Assembly: GCA_964013405.1 (NCBI GenBank) | Contig: CAXGWI010000028.1 | Span: forward strand, 1-29,996 | Source of the DNA: an uncultured Myxococcales bacterium | GTDB lineage: Bacteria > Myxococcota > UBA4151 | Length of the DNA: 29,996 nucleotides | Reading direction: 5' to 3' | Part shown: positions 17,340 to 25,970 of the stretch, one piece after another | Position numbering within the stretch: the first letter of the stretch is position 1 | Layout: each line of letters opens with the position of its first letter | Position numbers and translations under genes: made by a program | Notes under the pieces: model-generated | The model's input: only the letters and a program-made list of their open reading frames with translations | Databases searched by the model: none | Told to the model about the DNA's origin: nothing

Positions 17340-19015
17340 ATGACGAGCAAAGCCCTGGCAGACTGATCGCCTTCTTGGCGGTGAGCATGGTCATCCTGAT
17401 GATCTGGCAGAGCCTCTTTCCGCCGCCATTGCCGCCAGAGAGACCTGCACCAGAGGTCGCCGAAACCGTATCCGAAGAGCAAGGAGCGCCGAAAACGACC
17501 GGCGCTCAGGTACCCCCATCTCCATCGCCAACTGCGGTGGAAACCGCCCCTTCACCGGAGGCGAAAGCAAGTCTGCCGACGACGAAGCAGCCAGAGCGCA
17601 AAATCGACCTGGAAGGGGACCTACTCACCGTCCAGTTTTCGAGCCATGGGGCTCGCCTCACAGCTGTGAGTTTCCGTGACTTCCGGGAGCCAGGCACAGA
17701 CCCGGAACGACCCTACATCGAGTTGGTTCCTGAGGGCTCCCTAGGCTTTGCCAGTCTGGAAGCCGAGGGGCTAGAGCCCGACGCCGACTATGAGGTGGCC
17801 AGCCAGGACCGAGGGAGCGTCGTCTTTCGTCGCAAGCTCGCAGATGGCTCTCAGGTAGAGCGCCGCTGGCAACTGGATGGACAGGCACTCCGCCATGAGC
17901 TGCGCATAAGCGGGGCTCAGGGGGGCGAGAAAACATTCCGCTTCGGGCTGGAAATGGCAAACCCGGCGGAGACTGGCGGCGGATTCCTGTTCGGTACCCT
18001 GCCAGATCTAGCCCGGGGGATGTGCCGGGCCGAAGAAGATCTTCTCGTGGCCCCAATCGCTGACATCGCCGAGGCAGAAGCGGTCGAACTCAAGACGGCC
18101 ACGGCCCAATGGGCCGGCGTTGATCGAAATTATTTCGGGGCCTTCTTACTGCCGGGAGCCAATGGAGCATGTGAGATTAGCCGCAATGCTGTTGATCCGG
18201 ACAGTGAGAAAGACGTGGTCGACGGCCGGGTCTATGTGAGCTTCGAGCATCCGCTGCAGTGGCCGGCCGGTGGCCAGGCCGAATGGCAGGCATCGCTGCT
18301 GCTTGCTCCCAAGAGCGAAGGCTTACTGAAGGCTGCTCATCCCACGCTGATCGACACCATTGATTTCGGTATCTTCAAGTTTCTTGCAGCGCCGATGCTG
18401 TGGTTGTTGAACTGGCTTTTTGGTGTGTTTGGCAATTACGGCATCGCCATCGTCTTGCTGACGCTGATCGTGAAAACCCTCCTCTATCCCATTACCGATA
18501 TGTCTTATCGTTCCATGGCGAAGATGAAGGAGATTCAGCCGGAACTCAGCAAGCTGCGGGAAAAATATGAGTCTGATCGACAGATGCAGGCCCAAAAGCA
18601 AATGGAGTTGTTCAAGGAGAAGGGCGTTAACCCAGCGGGTGGTTGCTTGCCGATGCTCCTGCAGATTCCGGTGTGGTTCGCCCTTTACTCTACCCTTAGA
18701 GTGGCGGTGGAACTCTATGGGGCGCCCTTCATTCCCGGCTGGATCGATGACTTAACCCTCTCCGATCCATTCTATGTCATGCCACTCCTGCTCGGCGTTC
18801 TTTTCTTCTTCCAACAAAAACTCCAGCCGACGCCCTCCGATAACCCCTCGCAGCAAATGGTCATGAAGATCATGCCGGTGATGATGACGGTCTTTATGAT
18901 CGCGTTACCGGCCGGACTGGTTCTCTACATCCTCTTCAATACGATCCTGGGAATCGCCCACCAGTATTACGCGATTAAGAGAGACCAGAAGCCAGAGGCG
19001 GAAGCCGCCGCCTGA
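17336..19015 (+). CDS. yidC: Membrane protein insertase YidC
   Basis: N-terminal TM, large periplasmic domain, GNYGIAIVLLT, VNPAGGCLPMLLQIP, WIDDL..DP, PAGLVLY. Confidence 0.97.
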   Translation: MNDEQSPGRLIAFLAVSMVILMIWQSLFPPPLPPERPAPEVAETVSEEQGAPKTTGAQVPPSPSPTAVETAPSPEAKASLPTTKQPERKIDLEGDLLTVQFSSHGARLTAVSFRDFREPGTDPERPYIELVPEGSLGFASLEAEGLEPDADYEVASQDRGSVVFRRKLADGSQVERRWQLDGQALRHELRISGAQGGEKTFRFGLEMANPAETGGGFLFGTLPDLARGMCRAEEDLLVAPIADIAEAEAVELKTATAQWAGVDRNYFGAFLLPGANGACEISRNAVDPDSEKDVVDGRVYVSFEHPLQWPAGGQAEWQASLLLAPKSEGLLKAAHPTLIDTIDFGIFKFLAAPMLWLLNWLFGVFGNYGIAIVLLTLIVKTLLYPITDMSYRSMAKMKEIQPELSKLREKYESDRQMQAQKQMELFKEKGVNPAGGCLPMLLQIPVWFALYSTLRVAVELYGAPFIPGWIDDLTLSDPFYVMPLLLGVLFFFQQKLQPTPSDNPSQQMVMKIMPVMMTVFMIALPAGLVLYILFNTILGIAHQYYAIKRDQKPEAEAAA

Positions 19016-20089
19016 TTAGAGTCCAGCGCTTGGGTCGAAGTGATCCTCGTCGGCATCGTCGGGTTTGACGGGATCGAGCAACTTGGCGAGGGCGAGAAGA
19101 AACTGATCACAGCCCAGCCGGCTCATCCCACTGCATGCCACAGCGCTCAAGCCGCGCTCGGCCATCGCCTCCAAGAAGGGGACTTTAAGTTCCTCGAGCC
19201 AGGGTTGATCGATCTGGGACAAGACGACGAGTCGAGGGCGTTCGGCCAAGTGACCATCATTGTAGGCCTTTAACTCGGCCTCGATCAGCTCCAGGTCTTC
19301 TAGGAGGCCTGCGAGTCCCCGCTCTGCCTCGTGAGCAGGCAGTGTCACCAAATGGGCAAGGACTCGAACCCGTTCGACGTGGCGTAAAAACTGATGTCCG
19401 AGACCGTGTCCTTCTGCAGCCCCTTCGATGAGGCCCGGAATATCGGCGATCACCAAGTCGCCAGCTGGACTTCGGGCGATGCCGAGGTTGGGTACCTTGG
19501 TGGTAAATGGGTAATCAGCCACCTCGGGGCGGGCATTGGAAACGGCCCGGATTAAGGTGCTTTTGCCGGCATTGGGCATCCCCAAAAGACCTACATCGGC
19601 GATCAGTTTTAACTCCAATTGGAGGCTGACCGTTTCGCCTTCGCCCGGGGCAAGTGCGAAATCGGGACGTCGCCTCCGAGAGGAGGCAAAGCGGGCGTTT
19701 CCTTTGCCGCCGATTCCACCCTCGGCCACGCGGAGTTCTTGGTCTTCCTCAAGGAGTTCGCCCAGCAGGAATTCCCGTTCTCCCTGTTCGTTCTCCGAAT
19801 AGACCTGGGTGCCTAAGGGGACGGGAATGCGCACCGGGCGCGCATTCCCCCCCGTCATTTGTTGGCGGCCGCCAGGGCGCCCATTTTCAGCCTTTTGCTG
19901 GGGCTGAAGACGGAGGTCGAGCAAGGTCTCCAGTCGTCTACTGCCTACAAGGATGATGTCACCACCGCGGCCGCCATCGCCCCCGTCAGGTCCCCCTTTG
20001 GAGTTTTTTGCAGTGCGCATGAAGCTGATCATGCCAGCGCCACCATCTCCACCGCGCACCCTGATTCGAACTCGGTCGACAAACCGCAT
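19016..20089 (-). CDS. obgE: GTPase ObgE/CgtA
   Basis: MRFVD, GGPDGGDGGRGG, LKLIADVGLLGMPNAGKST, ADYPFTT, DIPGLIEGA; start set at ATG 20089. Confidence 0.97.
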   Translation of the reverse strand: MRFVDRVRIRVRGGDGGAGMISFMRTAKNSKGGPDGGDGGRGGDIILVGSRRLETLLDLRLQPQQKAENGRPGGRQQMTGGNARPVRIPVPLGTQVYSENEQGEREFLLGELLEEDQELRVAEGGIGGKGNARFASSRRRRPDFALAPGEGETVSLQLELKLIADVGLLGMPNAGKSTLIRAVSNARPEVADYPFTTKVPNLGIARSPAGDLVIADIPGLIEGAAEGHGLGHQFLRHVERVRVLAHLVTLPAHEAERGLAGLLEDLELIEAELKAYNDGHLAERPRLVVLSQIDQPWLEELKVPFLEAMAERGLSAVACSGMSRLGCDQFLLALAKLLDPVKPDDADEDHFDPSAGL

Positions 20090-20108
20090 GGTGGCCCCCC
20101 ATGGTGCC

Positions 20109-20144
20109 AAAAAAGTCAGCGGGGACCCGAATCCAGGTCCCCGC
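20109..20144 (-). terminator. Intrinsic terminator-like hairpin between rpmA and obgE
   Basis: Minus strand: GCGGGGACCTG-GATT-CGGGTCCCCGC then TGACTTTTTT. Confidence 0.7.
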
Positions 20145-20168
20145 GATCAGTCAGGTCGCTCGTCGTGC

Positions 20169-20423
20169 CTATTCGGCGAGAACGTGGGCCTGGCGCCGAC
20201 CGCTGTGGTGGCTCGAGAAACTGACGACACCATCGGCGAGAGCGAACAGTGTATGATCTCGTCCACAGCCAACGTTGGTACCTGGCTTAATCTTCGTGCC
20301 ACGCTGGCGGACGATGATGTTGCCGGCCAGCACCTTTTCACCGGCGTACTTCTTCACGCCCAGGTACTTCGGGTTAGAATCACGACCGTTCCGACTGGAA
20401 CCTTGTCCCTTTTTATGAGCCAT
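20169..20423 (-). CDS. rpmA: 50S ribosomal protein L27
   Basis: [16 protein letters not shown]...[10 protein letters not shown]...GRDHTLFAL. Confidence 0.98.
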   Translation of the reverse strand: MAHKKGQGSSRNGRDSNPKYLGVKKYAGEKVLAGNIIVRQRGTKIKPGTNVGCGRDHTLFALADGVVSFSSHHSGRRQAHVLAE

Positions 20424-20437
20424 GGTGTCGCTCCTTC

Positions 20438-20785
20438 CTAACCTTTGATCTCGGTAATCTTGACTTGGGTGTAGACGGGGCGGAAGCCCGTGACCCGTCG
20501 AGAATTCTTACGCCGGCGCCGCTTAAAGATGCGGAGCTTCTTGCCCATGAGGGGCGTGGGGCGCTCCTCGGAGGGAAGATCCCGCCGGTCTTGGCGAACG
20601 ATGTGCGCGGTGACCTTCACCGCAGCGGCATCATCACCAACTCGTGTGCCCTCATCATCACGAATGAGGAGGACAGGCCCCAGATCGATGGCATCGCCCA
20701 CTTCACCAGCTCGGTGATCGATGACGAGATACTCGCCCTCACGGACCTTGTGTTGACGACCGCCGGTATTGACCACAGCGAACAT
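20438..20785 (-). CDS. rplU: 50S ribosomal protein L21 (with internal insertion)
   Basis: [28 protein letters not shown]...T.VKI; GGAGG SD; precedes rpmA. Confidence 0.96.
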   Translation of the reverse strand: MFAVVNTGGRQHKVREGEYLVIDHRAGEVGDAIDLGPVLLIRDDEGTRVGDDAAAVKVTAHIVRQDRRDLPSEERPTPLMGKKLRIFKRRRRKNSRRVTGFRPVYTQVKITEIKG

Positions 20786-20824
20786 GAAGACCTCCGCAAA
20801 ACAGACCCACGAAAGGGGCGGCGG

Positions 20825-20853
20825 CTTCTAGGGGCCGACCTGTGGGCTGTCAA
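20825..20853 (-). promoter_or_regulatory. Putative sigma70 promoter of rplU-rpmA
   Basis: Minus strand: TTGACA-N17-TAGAAG followed by CCGCCGCC. Confidence 0.7.
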
Positions 20854-20927
20854 GCGAATTGGCCTTGTTTTTGGCGACTTCGATGGTGTGGGTGGCCACC
20901 CTGCGCTAAGGGGGCTTGGGGTGGAGT

Positions 20928-21800
20928 ATGACCGAATTCGTTCATGGTATTTTGAGAACAACGAGTCCCCATCGGGCTGCGGTGGAGGCCCGGTTGATCA
21001 TGGCCGGCGTGCAAAGCTTTGAAGAGCGGGATGAGAGCATCGATCCGAATCTGGTCGGTCGGGTCGAGTTTCATCTTTATGCTGAAGTCGATGATGAAGG
21101 GGAGCTCAGCGCCCAGATTGCGGCTGCAGACTTGGCTGGGCTGCTGACTGAGCCTCCCCAACTCCAACACGAAGAAGGGGTGGATTGGGCGGAGGCTTGG
21201 AAGATCCACTATCAACCCCTTCGCCTGAGCCCCCGAATCACGGTGGTTCCCAGTTGGGTGCAGTACGAGTCAGATGACGACGAGCGCGTGATTGTTCTGG
21301 ATCCTGGCACGGCTTTCGGGACCGGCCAGCACGAGACGACGGCCCTGTGTGTTCAGGCCTTGGATCTCCGAGCCTCGGAGGCGGCCATCGGTCGATTTGC
21401 GGACATCGGCACCGGGACAGGGATCCTCGCCCTGGCCGCCGATCGACTCGGCGCTCGTTCCCTGTGGTTGACGGAAAATGATCCGATGGCCCTTGCGGTT
21501 GCACAAGAAAACCTTGCGGGGGTCGTGGCCGCATTCGAGCTTTGTGAGCGTCCCCGGTCGGAGGAAAGCTATGACACGGTCGTGGCGAACATCCTTGCGG
21601 AGCCATTGATGGGGATGGCCGCGGATCTGGCCGCTCTTTTGGCACCTAAAGGGGCTCTTTTTCTCTCTGGACTGCTGTCTTCACAGGCTAAAGCGGTTGA
21701 GGCTGCCTTTTTGGCATCAGGCTTGCGTACCGTTCGGCAGTGGAATCAGGGAGCGTGGAGCCTGCTGTGGATGGTGAGATCCGGCGACGATGTGTCCTGA
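20928..21800 (+). CDS. prmA: Ribosomal protein L11 methyltransferase
   Basis: DWAEAWK.HY.P, DPGTAFGTGQHETT, DIGTGTGILA, VVANILA, LSGLL. Confidence 0.95.
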   Translation: MTEFVHGILRTTSPHRAAVEARLIMAGVQSFEERDESIDPNLVGRVEFHLYAEVDDEGELSAQIAAADLAGLLTEPPQLQHEEGVDWAEAWKIHYQPLRLSPRITVVPSWVQYESDDDERVIVLDPGTAFGTGQHETTALCVQALDLRASEAAIGRFADIGTGTGILALAADRLGARSLWLTENDPMALAVAQENLAGVVAAFELCERPRSEESYDTVVANILAEPLMGMAADLAALLAPKGALFLSGLLSSQAKAVEAAFLASGLRTVRQWNQGAWSLLWMVRSGDDVS

Positions 21801-22480
21801 GTCGGCCGACGCTTGAAGCGTCCCAACTCGAGGTCCAAGACGACGAGATCATCAACTATTTATCTCGATCGTTGCGACTTCGTCCGGGGCAAAGCCTCGA
21901 GTGTCTCGACGGCATGGGCCAAGCCCGACTCGCAGAGTTGACCGAGTTTTCTAGCCGCCAAATTTCCGGCCAGTGGCTCGAGCCCATGCGCACCATGGCC
22001 CGACCCAGTGGAGATTATCCCTTGCCTGTACTGGCTCTGTTGAAGGGCAAGGATAACGATGAGGCAATTCGAGTTCACAGCGAACTCGGCTTGCCAAAGG
22101 TGCGACTTTTTCGGTCCGATCGAGATGCCCGCGGGCAGGCCCAACTGCCCCTGGATCGCTGGCAGCGACTTGCTCAAGAAGCCTGTCGCCAGAGTGGTGG
22201 GTACCACGTGCTTCAAGTTGAAGTGAAGGCGGACCTTGCCACGGCCCTTAGCGATCTCAACGACCATCAGATCTACTATGGTGATTCGGGGGCTGGGGAG
22301 CCGGAGCCAAGTAGAAAGCCGAAAGCGATCCTGGTTGGGCCAGAAGGTGGCTTCTCAGCGGCTGAGTTTGACCGAATCCGTCATGCGGGGGGTCAGTCTA
22401 TCGGTCTCGGGTGGGGTACGATGCGAGCCCGAAGTGCGGGGGTGGCACTTCCAGCCGTATTTTGTTTGGGGGCGCCATGA
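21767..22480 (+). CDS. rsmE: 16S rRNA m3U1498 methyltransferase (SPOUT), divergent
   Basis: LRLRPG...DG.G, SELG, EAC.QS, ILVGPEGGFS; follows prmA as usual. Start uncertain (GTG 21767 with GGAG, or 21740). Confidence 0.85.
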   Translation: MDGEIRRRCVLSRPTLEASQLEVQDDEIINYLSRSLRLRPGQSLECLDGMGQARLAELTEFSSRQISGQWLEPMRTMARPSGDYPLPVLALLKGKDNDEAIRVHSELGLPKVRLFRSDRDARGQAQLPLDRWQRLAQEACRQSGGYHVLQVEVKADLATALSDLNDHQIYYGDSGAGEPEPSRKPKAILVGPEGGFSAAEFDRIRHAGGQSIGLGWGTMRARSAGVALPAVFCLGAP

Positions 22481-24168
22481 GCAGTGTAGCGTGCCCTCGC
22501 TGTGGCTTTCCGAACGCAGCCAATTCGGGGGCGTGCCGGGCTTGTAAGACGGTCCTCGATAACGGAACTGTTCGCTTGACGCCCCGTCTCCGAGCGGTCC
22601 TCAAAAAAGCACGCAATAAAGGGAATTCGGAAACTCGTATCGATCGACTGCCAGGAGGGCTTCCTTCCCCCCAGCAGATCCGTGCTCGACGGGACAACTT
22701 ATCCAATGAGCGGAAGTCTGGGCTCAGCCAACTTCGCCGCCGTCTCGACCATTTGGAAAGAACTCGCCCCGCGGCCACCTCCCCGGATCGAACACAGCAC
22801 CGGCGCCCGGAGCGGCCAGGCACCCTCAGTGGGGCAGCCAGCGCGGCTCGGTCTCCCGAGCTACCCGCCGCCCAAAGCCCGAGGGTGTCGGCAGCCGAGA
22901 CATTGCCGTTATTGGAGCCAGAATTTCACTCGGACCCAGGCCCCGAACTGGTCCCGGCCAACGAGGAGGCCCATGGCCTGACCCCTCAGCATGAAGAGGC
23001 CGAGCCCATCCAGCCGGTGCAAGCCGCCGCCGCCAAGCCAGAGCATGGCCTGGCTCCTCAGCATGAAGAGGTCGAGATTATCCAGCCTGTGCAAGCAACT
23101 GCCGCCAAGCCAGACCGTGGGGCTTTCGATGAAATGCTCCTCGCGGCGGCCGCGTATGTGGAAGAGGAGACCGTCGAGTCATCGACTAAAGCCACAAACC
23201 CCCGACAAGTCGAACCCGAAGCACCGATTGCGTCGAGGGATGGTGCCTTGCAGTCGCTCGAAGCCCTTCCGATTCCCGAGGCAAGCACTGGGGGCGAAAC
23301 CGATTCAGTACGGACGGTCGAGGTCCTCGACGAATTTCGGAGTTCTGAACCTTTCTTGCTCAGTGGCTTTGGCGCCGAGCCGGCGCCCGAGCCAGTTGAT
23401 GATTTTCGGAGCGCTGAGCCCTTCCTGCTCAGCGACTTCGGCCCGTCACCGTCGACGCCCCAAGATGAGGACTCGTCCCCTGAGTCTTTGATTCTTGGTC
23501 GCTCTGCGCCCGACTCAGGTCCTGAAGGGCCCAACGATGACGAGACGGTGTCTTTAACTCAGGAAACCGCTTCGCCCGCATCTTGGCCGGAAGAGCGCCA
23601 GGACCGTCTTGCGGCTGTCGAAGGCGCTCTGGATCAACAAAGCGAGTCTGTCGATGACGACGATGCTTTTGATTTGGTCGGCTCCGATGCTGAGAATGAC
23701 GAGGAGCATGAGCTTGATGCCGTCTTGGAAGAGGCTCTTTTGCGTCGCTTTGGCTGGCGGCGCTTCGGCGCTTCTTTTGTTGATCTTCTGTTGCCCGTGC
23801 TGGCTTTTGGTCTGGCTCTTGGTGCTCCAGGAGGACAAGGCGAGTTACCCCCTGAAGAGTGGGCTGCCCGTCTTTTACTCGGCGAGTTAGGTGGTTTAAG
23901 CCTGGGTCTAAGTCTCTTTCTTGGGACCTGGCTTGTGACGGTGGGGCTGGCTTGTCTTTGGCTGCAGCGAAGCCTTGGAATGCGCCTGTTCGGCCTGAGT
24001 TGGCAGGGGGGCAGCCGGTTTCGGCTTCTTCTCCGCTTGCCTTTAAGTCTCGTCTGCCTGTTGCCTTTGGGGCTGGGCCTGACTTGGGCATGGGTTGACA
24101 GCAACAGCAGGACCCTCGCAGACCACCTTCTCGGTCTGCGCTGGCGGGGGCCGGCCCCCAAGACCTAA
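22477..24168 (+). CDS. Zinc-ribbon / acidic disordered linker / RDD-like membrane domain protein
   Basis: CPRC-x9-CRAC at the N-terminus. C-terminal WRRFGASFVDLL...SLGMRLFGL...RTLADHLLG is RDD-family-like. ATGA overlap with rsmE. Confidence 0.8.
   Translation: MSSVACPRCGFPNAANSGACRACKTVLDNGTVRLTPRLRAVLKKARNKGNSETRIDRLPGGLPSPQQIRARRDNLSNERKSGLSQLRRRLDHLERTRPAATSPDRTQHRRPERPGTLSGAASAARSPELPAAQSPRVSAAETLPLLEPEFHSDPGPELVPANEEAHGLTPQHEEAEPIQPVQAAAAKPEHGLAPQHEEVEIIQPVQATAAKPDRGAFDEMLLAAAAYVEEETVESSTKATNPRQVEPEAPIASRDGALQSLEALPIPEASTGGETDSVRTVEVLDEFRSSEPFLLSGFGAEPAPEPVDDFRSAEPFLLSDFGPSPSTPQDEDSSPESLILGRSAPDSGPEGPNDDETVSLTQETASPASWPEERQDRLAAVEGALDQQSESVDDDDAFDLVGSDAENDEEHELDAVLEEALLRRFGWRRFGASFVDLLLPVLAFGLALGAPGGQGELPPEEWAARLLLGELGGLSLGLSLFLGTWLVTVGLACLWLQRSLGMRLFGLSWQGGSRFRLLLRLPLSLVCLLPLGLGLTWAWVDSNSRTLADHLLGLRWRGPAPKT
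22972..23115 (+). repeat. 72-bp (24-aa) intragenic tandem duplication
   Basis: HGLTPQHEEAEPIQPVQAAAAKPE / HGLAPQHEEVEIIQPVQATAAKPD; copies start at 22972 and 23044. Confidence 0.88.
23329..23442 (+). repeat. Second intragenic repeat, 15-aa motif at 69-bp spacing
   Basis: DEFRSSEPFLLSGFG (23329) / DDFRSAEPFLLSDFG (23398). Confidence 0.85.
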
Positions 24169-24177
24169 GGAGAAGGT

Positions 24178-25032
24178 ATGGATCTCGTCGCTGGATTACT
24201 CACGGATGGGGTGCTGGAGCCGAGCCAGGCCCGGCTAATCCGTCAGCGTCAGGGGGCTTTGGGTGGTGCCTTGGCCGACCACCTTCTCGATATGGGTTTG
24301 ATATCATACGAAGAACTCCAGCGTGCCATGTCCCGATGGGCAGGTCAGGCAGCCATCGGTGGTATCGAGTTGGATCTAGCCGATCGAGCAACCCGCCGGT
24401 TTTTGAGCCCCAAGCTCGCCCAGCGCTACCAAACAGTGCCCCTCTGCTTGATTGGCCGGCGCTTGGTACTCGCCACGGCCTGGCCCGAGAAAGCGCAAGA
24501 ATTGTTTCCTTCGCTGCACAGCGCCCATCAGATCCATCCCGAACTACGCATTGCGGCACCCTTCCTTGTCGAGAGTTTACTCGCTTGGCTGTATGGTTTG
24601 CCCGCCAGTGACATGGCTCAAGCCCTCTGTTCCCGCCTCTGCCCCCGGTTTTATCGAGTCCCAAGTCCCCAGGCTCCACCGACCGACAAAGCTTCGGATC
24701 GGGCGCTGGAGCCCACGGTCAAGACAGCACAGGCGACTGGCCTTGGTGATCTGATGGAGCGGCTACGGGATGTCCATCGTGCTGGAGATTGGTTGATGGA
24801 GCTTCGCAGAAGCCTGAGCTCTTGGTCTCCCCAGGTGGAGGTGAGCAGGCATCGGCCAAGAGGGCTTCGTGAGGCGGCATTTTTGGTCCCGCTTCCCAAT
24901 CCTGAGCGACCGCTCTTTTGGTTGTCCTGTCAAGGGGAGGGGCGACGACTTGACCGGGTTCGGCGCCAACGCCTTGAAAGCCTCGCTGCCTTGCTGAAGC
25001 CCGAGATCGGGCGAGTGATGGGCTTAGGGTAA
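24178..25032 (+). CDS. Stand-alone GspE/PilB N-terminal (MshEN-like/T2SSE_N) domain protein without ATPase
   Basis: LL.DGVL...Q...Q...GG.L..HLLDMGLIS.EEL..A.S; LA.RYQTVPL......LVLAT..P; no Walker A; AAGGAG SD. Confidence 0.75.
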   Translation: MDLVAGLLTDGVLEPSQARLIRQRQGALGGALADHLLDMGLISYEELQRAMSRWAGQAAIGGIELDLADRATRRFLSPKLAQRYQTVPLCLIGRRLVLATAWPEKAQELFPSLHSAHQIHPELRIAAPFLVESLLAWLYGLPASDMAQALCSRLCPRFYRVPSPQAPPTDKASDRALEPTVKTAQATGLGDLMERLRDVHRAGDWLMELRRSLSSWSPQVEVSRHRPRGLREAAFLVPLPNPERPLFWLSCQGEGRRLDRVRRQRLESLAALLKPEIGRVMGLG

Positions 25033-25947
25033 TCTCGAACGAGCCCCTTGGTATTCTCGGACCAAGCGCTGCATCACCTCTTCGGCTGGCGGGAGGTCGG
25101 CGATCATCCCGGCGATTTGGCCCGCCTCGATTTCGCCGGCTTCTAGATCGCCTTCGAAGATCCCTCGCCGACCTCGTCCTTGACCCAGAAGTGCTTTAAG
25201 CTCCGCTGGGCTCGCACCTTGAGCTTCAGCCTCAAGCGCCTGTTGTGAAAAGGCGTTCTTAATGAGCCGTACCGGCGTTAATGCCTGCAGGGCGACGACG
25301 GTGTCTCGATCTCCGGCCTCCACAACGGCAGCCTTGTAGGCGGGATGGGCCGAGCTTTCTTGGGTGGCGGCGAAGCGGGTCCCCACTTGAACGCCTTCAG
25401 CGCCAAGGGCCAGAGCCGCGGCCATGCCACGGCCGTCAGCGATACCGCCGGCGGCGATGACAGGAATCTCTAGCGCGTCGACGACTTGAGGGATGAGGCA
25501 AAGGCTTGTGGTGCCTTGAGGGGCATTGTGGCCCCCCGCTTCGTAGCCCTCACAGACAACGGCCGCGAGGCCTAAGTCCTGACACTTAAGGGCCTGCCGA
25601 ACTGCGGCGACTACGTGCACGTGCACCACATCAGCCGCAGCCAGCGCTTTGGCAACACCTGCGGGACTGCCGGCCGAGCTGATGACGATGGGGACGTTCT
25701 CTTCGGTGATGACCTCCAGGCAGGCCGGCATGTGGTGGTAGAGAAGGGGCATATTGACGGCAAATGGGCCGTCCCAAGCCGCTCGGAGTCGGTGGATATG
25801 ATGGCGAAGAACATCGGGGCGCATGGACCCGGCACCCAGAACTCCAAGACCACCGGCCTGGGCGACAGCATTCGCTAGACGCCAACCACTGACCCAGATC
25901 ATTCCAGCCTGAACAACGGGATAGGAGACGCCGAAGAGGCGACTCAC
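25024..25947 (-). CDS. FabK-like enoyl-ACP reductase II / nitronate monooxygenase family flavoprotein
   Basis: YPVVQAGM.WVS, GGLGVLGAG, EG.EAGGHN, PVIAAGGIADGRG, GVQVGTRF, AGQIAG. Confidence 0.9.
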   Translation of the reverse strand: MSRLFGVSYPVVQAGMIWVSGWRLANAVAQAGGLGVLGAGSMRPDVLRHHIHRLRAAWDGPFAVNMPLLYHHMPACLEVITEENVPIVISSAGSPAGVAKALAAADVVHVHVVAAVRQALKCQDLGLAAVVCEGYEAGGHNAPQGTTSLCLIPQVVDALEIPVIAAGGIADGRGMAAALALGAEGVQVGTRFAATQESSAHPAYKAAVVEAGDRDTVVALQALTPVRLIKNAFSQQALEAEAQGASPAELKALLGQGRGRRGIFEGDLEAGEIEAGQIAGMIADLPPAEEVMQRLVREYQGARSRLP

Positions 25948-25970
25948 CCGAGTCTCAATGCTCTTGGGGG

